Positions 1-12,985 of a stretch of DNA of 64,000 nucleotides are shown piece by piece. The stretch's first letter is position 1; each line of letters opens with the position of its first letter. The DNA is taken from contig NC_043000.1 of the NCBI RefSeq assembly GCF_006345805.1, positions 164,424,001 through 164,488,000 on the forward strand. The letters run 5' to 3'. The stretch comes from Octopus sinensis. Lineage: Eukaryota. The notes beneath the pieces are model-generated. The model ran no database searches, was not told where the DNA came from, and saw nothing but the letters and a program-made list of their open reading frames with translations. The position numbers were made by a program, and so were the translations under genes.

Positions 1-574
1 AACCCGACTGGAACTTGATGCAGTCCTTCTTTAAAAACCAGAAGACAAATGTAGTGAGAGCAAGGCACCAGCTGATACATACAAGGGAGTCTACCGCATG
101 ATGTAAATGGGTGATGAGTGCAAAATGAAAAAGAGATGTGTTGTCAAAGGAAGATACGTGTAAGAAAGTAGTGAGGTCAAATCTCAGGATGCTGGGTTCC
201 TCTTATTAAATAAAAGATGGAGACAAATGGTGGTGATATGTTATCCAGTAGACTTGTGCAAGAAAGGAAAATGGTTGTTGATGCTGATCAAATGTTGCCA
301 TCTATTGCTCTAACACTACTGCATTAGTTAAAATATTGATTTCTTTTGACTAGTAAATATTGTGCCAAGGAAGAAACAGTCAAGTGATTTAATCCTAGAA
401 CAATACTGGTGCCTATTTTATTGACGGACTGGAGGGATAAAGAATTTGCTCCTGTGGGATTTGAGTTTTGAATGTTGAACAACAAAACTATATATTGTTA
501 GGCATTAATCTTTGCCAGCATGCTGGCCTAAAGTTAATAAAATATTAATGATATTTCTTACTTCTCCTTGTCAA

Positions 575-890
575 TAGGAATCATAATCATGACATAGTGA
601 GTTTGATTCCCAGACCAAGCTATGTTGTGTTCTTGAGCAAAACACTTTATTTCAGGTTGCTCCAGTTCATTCAGCTGTAGAAGTGAGTTGCGACATCACT
701 GGTGCCAAGCTGTATCGGCCCCTTTACCTTTCCCTTGGATAGCATCAGTGGCATGGAAAGGGGAGGCTTATATGCATGGATGGCTGCTGGTTTCCATAAA
801 TAAACGTGCTTGAACTTGTATCTCAGAGGGGAACCTTCTAGTTGCAATCCCATGATCATTTATGACCAAAGGGTTCTTTACCCTTTTAGG
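575..890 (+). mobile_element. tRNA-derived SINE, family 2
   Basis: gtgagtttgattccc...gtgttcttgagcaa...ggtgccaagctgtatcggccc; homologous to 25016-25335 and 60845-61170. Confidence 0.75.
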
Positions 891-2872
891 AATCATGTGA
901 ATAGACCTAATGTAAAAGAGACTTACTCTTGGCAGAATCTAATGTTTGAAGGGCATTTTAAAGCATCATGGGTACCACATTCCCCTTTGATTAAATGATT
1001 AAAAAAAAAAGAAGACATCTAGACTTCTCCCTGTATATCTACGTATTGGGCTAGTCTACTTCATTGTCTGGGGGTGTTGACACAACAACATGGTACATAT
1101 TTTATTGACAATGTTGGGATGAAGGGTAATGTTGACCTTGAACACAAATGTAGTACAATGAAACTACTGTTGAATATTTAGTTTGATAGCTTACTGTTTC
1201 TGCTACTTCATCACCCTAAATATTCTTATCAAGGGACATGTTTGATGCAATTTGGAACTAAATTTACTTGTTCCATTTTATACAGTCATAGTCATTATTG
1301 TATGGAAGATCATAGCAAATTGTCACAGACCTCTCCGGCCTACACTAGCATGGAGCAACATGCTTCTCTACTTGGTTGTTTGACCTGCTTGAAATAGCAA
1401 CCAAATTACCTTCAATCATACCTACTGTTTTAGAAAAAAACACAGCCACATTAGATAAACTGATCCTTGATCAACAGAATGAGGGGTCAGTTGTAGCTGG
1501 AACATCTTTGAAGCCTGCTTGATTAGAACTGACTTTTAGCTAAGCAACTCTTTATTACCAAACCAGTGAAAGTATCAATGATCATTTGACTCACTAGAAA
1601 AAGTAGTCAAATCTCTCTTAAATCACAGCTGATCATCTTAAAGGAGACATTAGACAATATAAGCCTAGAAAAATTTGAAGAATGGTTCATGATTGAAATG
1701 GATTTGATTCTAAACAGTTTCAATTGTTGCTAAGCAACAACAATAGAATGGAAGAACATGTAAAAATCAATAGTGAAGACAACATCGACAATTAGTGATA
1801 GTAGTGAAAACATTTGAAATGTTGATGACAACTTTCACTGCTATTTATCGCAAATGAAGTACGGCTCTCATTTCACAGCTGAGGGATTCTTGTCATTCAT
1901 TTTTCTCATTGAAAATGGAATTTTAACAGATTTATTGATATTTAGGTCAAGCTTTGTCCTAGTTTACCAATTTTTCAAAACCACTGTGAAAGTACATAAC
2001 AAGAGTGTTCAGGTCAAGACCTTATGGTTGAGTTCAATTCCTGACCTATGTGGTACATTGTGACCTTGAGCAAGACACTTCATATTAAATTGTTATGAAT
2101 ACCAGCCAGGTGTTGGTTCATCTGTCTCTCCTTCTAACTGTCACATTCTGCATGTTCTGCTAGGTTAAGGGTGAACAGAGGGTGTCTGTGTCTGCTGGTG
2201 ACCACATATGTACTTGAAACAATTACCAAGAACACGGAATATGCTACTAAGCCATACCCTCTACACTTCCAGGTGACAGCCGGCTGTGTATGACTTTGCT
2301 TTTAGCACAACCACTTCACATAAAAGTTGAATAGTCAGAAAACAACTATACAGCCTTTAAAAATATAATACAAAACTGAAACAAATTATTAAAAATTTTA
2401 TCTGAATTATCTGAAACTGTTTGATATAGTTGAACAATAGCATAGAAAATACTGTAGTGGAAGAATTTTGACATAATTTTATGCTTGGCCAGCTTAGTCT
2501 ATGTATTTAATGTAAATGGGTTAATTAATTGTTTGATATAGGAGATAGTTGATCAATAATTTGGTGAATGACCCCCCCCCCCCATATGTTTTGTGTCACA
2601 TTTTTTTTCCTTTTTTAAAGTGAAAGTGTCTCATAAAAACATAAAAAATACTGAATCCAATGAAAACTATTGATTTTTGTAGATGAAATGATTACACAAT
2701 TTGGATCTCATCCAGAATTGTCCAAATTATCTTTGAAGTGTCAACCAATATTTTTGTATGTGTACTTAGAAGGGAAAAACATCATGGACATTTGTATCTT
2801 TATATAATGCAAAAGTATTATGATAGAAAATTAATGTAGTGTGAAAATAAGATATTGATATAGAAGTTTATT

Positions 2873-3137
<265 letters not shown>

Positions 3138-3554
3138 AAATTATGACAAATACACAAAGTTACCATTTCAAAAATGTCTGCTTATTCTTTGATATTCTTG
3201 GTCTGTTTATTGCCTGCCAATAGTTTTAACATTTAGTGTAGATTTTGACCTATTTACACCAGTATATTTGGTACTGGTATTCATTCTACCAAGCATTAAT
3301 ATGAGGCTGTTAGTACTTCTCATTTGCAACATCATCTTCAATTTCCCCCAAAAAATAACTAAATAAATAAATAATAAACAAACATATTTTTACCATGTAA
3401 CATTTAGGTATTATTGCAAATGCAAATCTCCACAGCTAATAATATAAATGATTTATTTATATTTTGAGCTTGCATCATATTGTGTCTACCTGTACCGTTT
3501 TGTGCTTCAAAGGTTGCTTAAATTCAGTATTAGTCAAGCACTGGATTGATTTAA

Positions 3555-3747
3555 CCCTTTCCTTACTGTATTTTGAGATGCTCTGTGTTTCTTTCAATTA
3601 CTTTAAATATAACAAAGAATTTAGTAAAATGACTTAGTTATCATTCAGCTAGTGTTAGGAATATAAATTGTGACTATGAAACTTATGAAAACAAGACATT
3701 TGTACTTAGAGCCAGAGCCAGTTTCAGTCAGGTTGGTAATGAAAGGA
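3555..3747. mobile_element. piggyBac-type MITE
   Basis: TTAA at 3551-3554 and 3748-3751 flanking ccctttccttac... / ...gtaatgaaagga ends. Confidence 0.65.
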
Positions 3748-3924
3748 TTAATCAATCACTCCCAATATTTATGAATTTGTGTTGCTGTTAGAAATGGTAA
3801 TGATTTCTGAGTTTGGCACAGATATAAATCTGTTGTCAGAGCTCTTGTGTAGAATTGGTTCTATAAATAATAGCATGCACATATTGTGTTGAAAAATCCC
3901 TCATGAAAAGAAAAAGTCAAAAGA

Positions 3925-3995
3925 TACCTGTGGGACTTGAACCCACATCTCTTTCATTGACATGACAGGCATTCTGCCATTAGACGAAAGCAATC
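3925..3995 (-). pseudogene. tRNA-like relic (possibly Asp-GTC derived) or SINE head
   Basis: Minus strand tcgtctaatggcagaatgcctGTCatg...gtgggttcaagtcccac: A box, B box and T-arm hairpin present, but no convincing acceptor stem. Confidence 0.4.
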
Positions 3996-4339
3996 CTCTT
4001 TTAAGCCATTTTAGAAACTTTCAAGAGTATGAAATAATTCTTTTTTGGAAGCTAAGTAAAATCACATCAAGTGAAACTATGGCCATCCATGCATACAGAC
4101 ATTCCCTTTATCGTCATATCCCCACTTCCTCTCCCCTCTCAGTCAAGCGGTCTTTAACTTGCAAGTGCCACATAATTTGCACTGGTGCCACATAGTATGC
4201 ACTCATGCCAGTGTCACACATGATGCATTTGTGCTGGTACCACATAAAGGCATCAATGCCAGTAGCTCATAAAAGGTACCCAGCATACTATAGAGTGGTT
4301 GGCATCCAGCTGTAGAAACCTTACCAAAACAAACAATTG

Positions 4340-4522
4340 GAGGCTGGACAGCTCTCTCCAGCTGGACTGCTCTCCAGCTGGTCAGCTCTCTCCAGCTGGT
4401 CAGCTCTCCAGCTGGACTGCTCTCCAGCTGGTCAGCTCTCCAGCTGGTCAGCTCTCTCCAGCTGGTCAGCTCTCCAGCTGGACTGCTCTCCAGCTGGTCA
4501 GCTCTCTCCAGCTGGCCAGCTC
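4340..4522. repeat. Minisatellite of 16-18-bp ctctccagctgg(tcag/actg) units with a 66-bp higher-order period, inside an RTE 3' UTR fragment
   Basis: Direct inspection; the translated frames repeat every 22 aa. Confidence 0.9.
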
Positions 4523-4599
4523 TTGTTAAATCATGCAACCCATGCCAGCATAGGTTGTACGGTTTAACATATTAAGCAATAAGGATGGATCTCAAAATA

Positions 4600-4997
4600 T
4601 ACTCTCTCTTTTTACTCTTTTGCTTGTTTCAATCATTTGACTGCGGCCATGCTGGAGCACCGCCTTTAGTCGAGCAAGTTGACCCAAGGACTTATTCTTT
4701 GTAAGCCTAGTACGTATTCTATCGGTCTCTTTTTACTGAACCGCTAAGTTATGGGGACGTAAACACACCAGCATCGGTTGTCAAATGATGTTGCGGGGAC
4801 AAACACACACACACATATATATACATATATATGACGGGCTTCTTTCAGTTTCCGTCTACCAAATCCACTCACAAGGCTTTGGTCGGCCCGAGGCTATAGT
4901 TAGAAGTCACTTGCCCAAGGTGCCACGCAGTGGGACTGAACCCAGAACCATGTGGTTGGTAAGCAAGCTACTTACCACACAGCTGCTCTTGCGCCTA
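4600..4997 (-). mobile_element. tRNA-derived CORE-like SINE, family 1 (resembles octopus OR-type SINEs)
   Basis: A/B-box head gctgtgtggtaag...gggttcagtccc, CORE-like accttgggcaagtg, internal microsatellite, tail gaaacaag(c/t)aaaagag. Confidence 0.85.
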
Positions 4998-5789
4998 TAT
5001 ATAAAGTGATGATGGATCGTGAAGTATATATAATGCTAAAATAGTTGCATAAATTCTTATGATATGCTGAAAGAGTTGCTTGAATTTTCTGTAGTGTTAT
5101 ACTGGTTTTATCGTATATGTCCTGAGATGATATATCACTCTTAACTGAATGGGAACATGAAGTTGTAAAACTATCTACCTCAACACATTTATCTGATGCT
5201 CTTCTGTTTTGAATATCCTACACTCCCTAATTGTTATAAGTGCTTCTAACAAATCACTAGGCAATAAGTTTGGAGGAAGTTTGATTAAATCAACCTAGTG
5301 CTTGACTGATATTTTATTCTTCTAAATCTGCCAAAAGGATAAAAAGCAAAACAGCGCTGGTAGGATTTTAACTCAGATTGTAAAAAGCCACAACTACATA
5401 TTACAAGACATTAGATGCATTGTTCTTCCACTTTGTTAACTAGAGACAAGGTCTCACATTTAGGGAAAGGAAACTGTTGATAATAATCACCAACAGGAGC
5501 TGTGGAAATTTCATGGTTATTTTGAAAACTAAGATTGTTTATTGAAAACTATGAAATACATAATGTATTTCTGATATATTTGATCCTTGAGATAGTGTAA
5601 CGGTCTCATAGAGTGGTCTGAAGATGCAGTCTTAGGAGTGATCAGCTTTGAAAACTATATATATATATTGTTCTACATTTGTCACTTCTTGCACCTTGAG
5701 AGTTATCTTTATCATTCCTACAAGAAGTGAACATATATGATCATGTGATTATGGTTTTAGTTCCTGGGCCAAGTAATGTGTTGTGTCAA

Positions 5790-6989
5790 AGGAAGGCTAA
5801 CTAGGAAGATAGTTTTTGTATGTGGCAGATGCTCGGGTGCAATAAACACTGAAAATGTGCAGAGAACAACTTCCGCCACATTCCAGGGAGAAAACTAGAA
5901 TTGATAGCTTCCGTTACCTAGGTGACCAAGTCTGTAGAGTGGATGGGTGCTCTGAAAGTGTAGCTGCTAGAGTAAGAATAGCCTGGGCAAAGTTCAAAGA
6001 GGTCTTACCTCTGCTGGTGACAAAGGGCCTCTCACTCAGTGTAAAAGGTAGACTGTATGACGCATGTGTACGAACAGCCATGCTACATGGGCCATGACTG
6101 CCGAGGACATGCGTAAGCTTGCAAGGAACGAAGCCAGTATGCTCTGCTGGATGTGTAATGTCAGTGTGCATATTCGACAGAATGTAAGCACCCTGAGAGA
6201 AAAGTTGAACCTAAGATGCATCAGATGTGGTGCGAATGAATGAGGATAGCTGTGTGAAAAAGTGTCACACCCTAGCAGTTGAGGGAAACTGTAGAAGAGG
6301 AAGACCTGGGATGAGGTGGTAAAGCATGACCATCGAACATTAGGCCTCATCGAGGCAATGACTAGTGACCAAGACCTTTGAAAATATGCTGGGCTTGAGA
6401 AAACCCGGCAAGCCAAGTAAGACCATAACCCGTGGCCTATGCCACTGGTGTAACCAGCCCACTTAGGCATACCTTTCTTTCATTGGACACTAAACCCTCC
6501 TTGTGAAGACCTGTTGAGGCAAGTGAAATCGAAATCAAATTCGATGATAGCACTGCATGACTGGCATCTGTGTTAGTGGAGTACTAAGAGCACCATCCGA
6601 GCATGATCGCCGCCAGAACCACTGACTGGCACGTAAAAAGCACCATTCGACCGTGATTATTACCAGTGTTGCCTTACTGGCACTTGTGCTGGTGGTCCGT
6701 GAAAAACAACATTCAAGCAAGGGTGTTGCCAGTGCTGCTGGACTGGCTCCTGTGCAGGTGACCTGTAAAAATACCATTTGAGTGTGGCCGTTGCCAGTAC
6801 TGCATGACTGGCCCTTGTGCCGGTGGCACGTATAAGTACCCACTACACTCTCGGAGTGGTTGGCATTAGGAAAGGCATCCAGCTGTAGAAACTCTGCCAG
6901 ATCAGATTGGAACCTAGTGCAGCCATCTGGCTCACCAGTCCCCAGTCAAACTCTCCAGCATGGAGAGTAGACGTTAAATGATGATGATG
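5790..6989 (+). mobile_element. RTE-clade LINE, 3' part with UTR and (TGA)n tail
   Basis: FRYLGD...RIAWAKFKEVLPLL...[13 protein letters not shown]; ends acgttaaatgatgatgatg. Confidence 0.88.
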
Positions 6990-7239
6990 TATGTATATAC
7001 ACACTTATGAGTGTGTGTGTGTATTTCCAAATATTTATCAGTCAATTATCTTATGAATAGATTGGCTTTGATTTCATTCCATAGATAAAGAATTACATAT
7101 GTAGCAGAATGATAATAATATAGATTATCATAAGGATTGATAATGAGAGGCAGCTACAGTTATGTAATCAAACTAAATATTGGTTAGTATATAATCCAGC
7201 AGCTATCTTCTATTTCTACCACTGCACCACCTAAATGTT

Positions 7240-7476
7240 AATAACAATATTGATTTCTCACATAGACAAAAGACCTGAAATTTAGTGGAGAGATGTAATT
7301 GATTATATCACCGCAGTGTTTGACTGATATTTATTTTGTTGCCCCTGGAAGGTTAACAGTCAAAGTTGACTCTGTTGACAGCACAACTGAGAACATAAAG
7401 TGCATGTAACTATAAAGGCCACAAATAATTTTGTAAGCTGCTCAGTCATTTCTTTAATCTACTGTCTTTTAATAAA

Positions 7477-7528
<52 letters not shown>

Positions 7529-8185
7529 TAATAATAATAATAATCCTCTCTATTATAGGCACAAGGCCTGCAATTTGTGGGGAGGGGGATAGTCAATTAT
7601 ATTAACCCCAGTACTTGACTGGTACTTCATTTATCAACCCTGAAAGGGTGAAAGGCAAAATCGACTTCAGCTGAATTTGAACTTAGAACATAGTGGCAGA
7701 TGAAATACCACTAAACATTTTGTCTAGCATGCTAATAATTCTGATAATAATAATGATACTTATGATTTCTAATTTTGGCACAGGGCCAAGAATTTTTTTT
7801 CTTTCTTTTGCAGGGTTTGGGTGGGGTAGGTCTATTGCATCGATCCCACTGATCAACTGGTACTTATTTTATCGACTCCAAAGAAGATGTAAGGCAAAAT
7901 CAACCTCAGCAGAATTTGGACTTAGAACATAAAACCAGAAGAAATGCTGCTAACAATTCTGCCAGCTCAGTGCCTTTATTTTTTTAATAATAATAATCCT
8001 TTCTACTATTGGTACAAGCCCTGAAATTTCAACCCCAGTACTCAACTGGTACTTATTTCATCAACTCTGAAAGGATGAAAGGCAAAGTTGATCTTGACAG
8101 AATTTGAACTCAGAACCTAAAGATGGCCGTAATGCAGCTAAGCATTTTGCTTGGCTTGTTAATGATCCTGCTAGCTTGCTGCCTT
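7240..8185 (-). mobile_element. Head-to-tail array of four ~200-bp family-3 SINEs separated by (AAT)n
   Basis: Repeated core ccccagtact..actggtactt.tttatc.accc..aagg.tgaaaggcaaa...gaatttgaact at ~7310, ~7605, ~7845 and ~8030. Further copies at ~8790-8990, 15705-15925 and 60660-60825. Confidence 0.75.
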
Positions 8186-9454
8186 AATAGTAGTAGTAGC
8201 AGTAGCAGCAGCAGCAGCAGCAAAATGCCCTGATGCAGTACCAGGCAGTGGCTCTCATGGCTTCTGATCTTAACTGATTGGCAGTGTTATCATTCTTTTG
8301 TCTTGGTATAAAAGAAGGGCTACAGCAAATATTCTGCTCAATACCACAGATTTGCTTGTCAGTTGTTTGACCTAAACCAGTTGAATATGTCCCTTGGTGG
8401 CTGTGATATGTGCATCTCTGATCACGAGCAGAAGTAGTGGGGGAGCATGATAGTCATGTGTTAAGAGGAATTCTTTGGGGGTTTAGATTATTCGCCTTTG
8501 GAAACATGGGTGTTTCTCTCAACATTCTTATACAATCCTTATTCAGGGACCTTTTGAGCGGGATGGGCTACTCAACCTGAAGAAAATTCTAACTGGGCCC
8601 CACCTTCAAGGTCATGCACTGTTTATCTTGATATAAGATCACGATGTCAAGTACATATGGTTGTGATGCGTATGCCTGGTGTCATCAGACAGGTAGTCAT
8701 GATGGGTATATTGAACTTTGTATATTTGTACCCCAGTGTCACTTTGACGGCAAGCACTACTCTCACTCAATAATAATAATGATAATCTTTTCTACTAAAG
8801 GCTCAAGGCCTGAAATTTTGGGGGAGGGGACTATTCAGTTACGTCAACCTCAGTGTTTTACTGGTGCTTAATTGCCGAAAGGGTGAAAAGGTAAAGTCAA
8901 CCTTGGCAGAACTTGAACTCAGAACATCTAAAGACAAATGAGCTGCTGCTAAGCATTTTGCCTGGCATGTGCTGACGATTGTGCCAGCTCTCAATAATAA
9001 CAATAATAATAATAATAAGCAGAATGGTTTCTCTCAAAGTTCCAAGACCAACAATTTTGAGGAAAATAATTAACCAGTTGCAGCCACCGCATTATTTGGC
9101 TGGTGCTTTACCGGCCTCAGAAGGACGACATATAAAACAGACTGCAGGATCTCAATTCAGAATGGAAACTGATATAACTAAATACCACAAATCACTGTCT
9201 GACCCTGTACAAATTCTGCCACTCTACTACTCTTCAAATTTAGAAACTACTCTGCTGCCCATAATCATTCCAGTGATGACCACCATGTCGGAAGGTGGTG
9301 GTGGTGGTGGTGGCAGGGAGTTTGGGGTGGACAGTTCTTGTATTGTGTACCCCTGAACATGTTAGTGTTTGCATCCTTTTCTTTTATGGTGGGAATGTGA
9401 GCAGTTTGAGGGTGATCTCACTGCAATTGCAAGCAGATCAAGCCATCACATAGG

Positions 9455-9747
9455 CAGTGGTTCTCAACTGGGGTCAATATGGCACTTAGGGATCCATATG
9501 GCACTTGGGGGTCCATTTAAGATTTTATTTTAAGATTCATATGCAATGAATTGGTTATATTTCTACAATAAAATAAATGTTTTAACAATTTTCTTTTTAT
9601 ACAATTCCTAATAATATTCAATTATAAAAATATTAATAAGATTTTTAGTCTTGAATGGCTAGGAGGGTCAATCTGAATAAAATAGGAGTCAAAGGGGTCC
9701 ATAGGTACAAAAAAAGAAAAAAAGAAAAAAGTGGTTGAGAAACACTA
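9455..9747. mobile_element. hAT-type MITE
   Basis: TIRs cagtggttctcaac / gttgagaaacacta. Degenerate 8-bp flanks cacatagg / tacatgga. Confidence 0.65.
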
Positions 9748-10168
9748 TACATGGAAGAAGCTTTCCTGTTTTCAGCTTGTTCGAAGCTGTGTGAATACTG
9801 CTTACAAGTGGCAGCTGTGTTGGTGGAAGTATGTAAACAAGAAAGTTGTTTGGGAGCTCAGAGATTAGTAGCAATGGCCTGGACTACTACAGCTGCTTCT
9901 GCTGATAACAATGTTTCCCAACCATCAAAACGGCGGCAGCAGCAGCAGCAGCAGCGACTGGAATTTCAATGTCTTAACTGATCTTTCATCTACTGTTGCT
10001 ATTGTTTTATAGATGATGGTAGTAATGGGGAGGATGATGATGATGATGATGATATATCGTACCTATTCTGCCAAACAGTTAGATGTGAAATATTTATTGA
10101 AGCCTAATTAGTGAAGTGTATATACATGTGCAGACAGACACATATACGTATGTACATATATAACATGC

Positions 10169-10201
<33 letters not shown>

Positions 10202-11239
10202 ACATGTGCATGTGTGCATGTGTGTGCATATATCATCTTCATCATTGTTTAACGTCTATAATATATATATATATTGTGTGCATGTGAATGTGTACGTATA
10301 TATATATATATATATATATATAGTATGCATGTGTATGTATGTGTATATATACACACACACACACACACACACATTATATAATCTATCTTTACACACATGC
10401 ATCAATGTACTTTCTTATCACATGGGAAAGCAAAGTGAGATAGAATGAAAATATTTCTATTATCTAATCAAACAATAAGTAAAATCGTTTTCAATATTTT
10501 CTTCTGCTGTTTGTGCTTGGCCTGCATGTCTGGTGCAGAATACAAAGCGTCATATACTGCAGAGGAATAGACTGAAATTGTGCTGCTGATAGCAGAAAAC
10601 CCAGCTGAAAATGCAGAATACTTAAACATGCAAAAGATTTCATTGAAGAGACAAGTTCAGTCACAGCTGGACTATACTAAAATGCCATTTCAATTTTCAT
10701 AAAAGATTGCAATTTTGAAATGATTGTGGTGGCTCATTTGAATAGATATATTCATTTTTTGTTAATAAAAAACACTTTTCTTTATAGTTCATTTTTTTTT
10801 TCACTTTCCTTACATATTGGGTTTCATGTGTGGTACTTACATCATTCACACCCATCATCATCATCATTTAATGTCGGTTTTTCATGCTGGATGGTTTGAC
10901 ATGGAGCTGGCCAGTGAGGCAGCTGTCCAGACTCCAGTTGTCTGTTGTGGCATGGTTTCTATAGATGGATGCCCTTCCTAATGCCAACCACTTTACAGAG
11001 TGTGCTAGGTGCTTTTTATGTGCCACCAGTATGGGTACATTTACACAGCACCAATATGAGTGCATTTTATGTGGTATCAGCACCTGTAAAAGATAAGCCG
11101 GTATGGCAGTGATTTTACTTAACTTGGCATACTTCTCAAATACAGCAAATCACAACTCCTGGCCCCTTATTGTTTCCTCAGTGAGGCATGTCGTCATCCT
11201 CACGTAATGTCCATGTTCCATGTTCGCATGGGATGAACC

Positions 11240-11850
11240 AGCATTTCCCAGCCTATTTGCCCTCAGGCCCCACTATAACTTTCCAGAAAAATGTTTGCCC
11301 CACTGGAGGTTGGAAAAAAACTTTATTTTTAATTTTCATGATTATATACTTTCCTTAAAGAAATATTGACACTAGGGCATTAGAATAGCACTATACTGTA
11401 GCAAAGAGTCTTTACACAATATGCTTGGCTGGAGAGATTGGTTTGGCCATGCTGAGTATTGGTGTAGTATATTTTCTGTGAAAAAATGATTTTCACAATT
11501 CCATGTCCCACTAAAAGAAAGAAAAAAAAAATGGATTCCAGGCCCCACCAGTGGGGTATTTATCCCATGTTAGGAATCTCTGGGTTGAATAGTTTGACAG
11601 GATTCACTGCTCTATACAGTTATACCATCTAAGAATAGTTGACTAGTTTCCCTCAAATCACACCCTGTTGTCTTAAAAAGCAGTGGATACTCTATACCAG
11701 TGTTTCCCAACCTATTTCCCCACCAAGCCTTACTATAACTTTCCAGAAAAATCTATGCCCTACTGGTGGTTGGAAAAAAAAAACTTTATTTTTAATATTT
11801 TATAATTATGTACTTTCGTTAAAGAAACATTCACACTAGGACCATGATTC
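11240..11850 (+). mobile_element. Two adjacent copies of a hAT-type MITE (11240-11582 complete, 11698-~11850 partial)
   Basis: Both begin cag(ca/tg)tttccca(g/a)cct and share ~140 bp. The first ends gttaggaatctctg, a decayed inverted end. Confidence 0.55.
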
Positions 11851-12699
11851 CTAATGTGGGGCATGGTAATATTTTGATGAGACATGTCTAGAGTTATGCT
11901 GAGTTTTTATGCCTTTTGTACACAATGTATAGTATACCAATAGAGAAAGGGAACAATTTGCGAATGAGCTATTAAAAAAAAATTCTTTACATCCCTTCTA
12001 TGGACAATTTGATCAAATTTTGGACGCTTTAGAGACAACAGCTCGTTTTCATCTTGTTCATAAGATCTGATGTCACTAAAGAGAGAATAGATTATTTTCT
12101 TCAATTTAGTGGTATGTGAATCATCATCATCATCATCGTTTAACGTCTGCTTTCCATGCTAGCATGGGTTGGAGATATGATTGAGGGCTGGCGAACCAGA
12201 TGGCTGCACCGGGCTTCAATCTTGTTCTGGCAAGGTAATTACAAACGTGTGTGCGTGCATGCATGTATGTAGTATGGAACTGGTCAGTACTGAAAGCAAT
12301 GCCATCTTAATTCCTTATGGAGAAATAAACTGGAGACAGACTTATGTATGCGTGTGTGTCTGAGAGTATTAACTCTTTTATCTCTGGCAACAGTGAGGGA
12401 TGAAAGAATTAAATGGTGTGAAATGGGTTGAAATAGAGTAGAAGTATGGGTAGCGTTAGTGAAGGAAGAGAAAGAGGCAGAAAAAGAGAGGAGGGAGAGA
12501 GATTTCTGGTACTAGTAACACACACATACATGTGTATATATGAACAGAGATGAAAATTAACCGGTCATTTTATTCCCACCAGTCAGTTTGTGAATTCAAC
12601 AAAAAGGTAAGAAAAAATTTCCATCATTGATACAAAGGCTTTTGCAGCTGAGAAGATTCACAGAATATTTCTGAGATGTTGATGCGTTCCAGCCCAGAC

Positions 12700-12985
12700 T
12701 GAACCAGTCTGTCGTCTTTGTCTGCTTGTTCATTATCTGAAAAGTGAAAACAGTTTAGCAGAAGTTGAAACCTGTTTCTAGATAGTGTTTTCCCTTTTGC
12801 GGTTATTGGAGGTAGAAATAATGGATTGTTTGTCCAGTATTCATGCATAGCACCTCCTTCATTCAATCCCATCCATAACAGTAAACCTAGGAATATCTTC
12901 ATTTCTTGTGCAGTTGTATTTATTTATTCTGGACTTGGGTTTTATCGATTTTTTAGCATTTTGTTGACTTCTTATCTTTTTTTGA
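12700..12985 (-). mobile_element. piggyBac transposase fragment
   Basis: TTAQEMKIFLGLLLWMGL...EYWTNNPLF...LSRNRFQLLLNCFHFSDN...DRL matches the N-terminal part of the piggyBac DDE_Tnp_1_7 domain. Confidence 0.8.

Noticed and set aside
10470-10603. Possible minus-strand exon after ttttcag
   Set aside because: Short, with no recognisable protein in either open frame and no supporting neighbouring exons.
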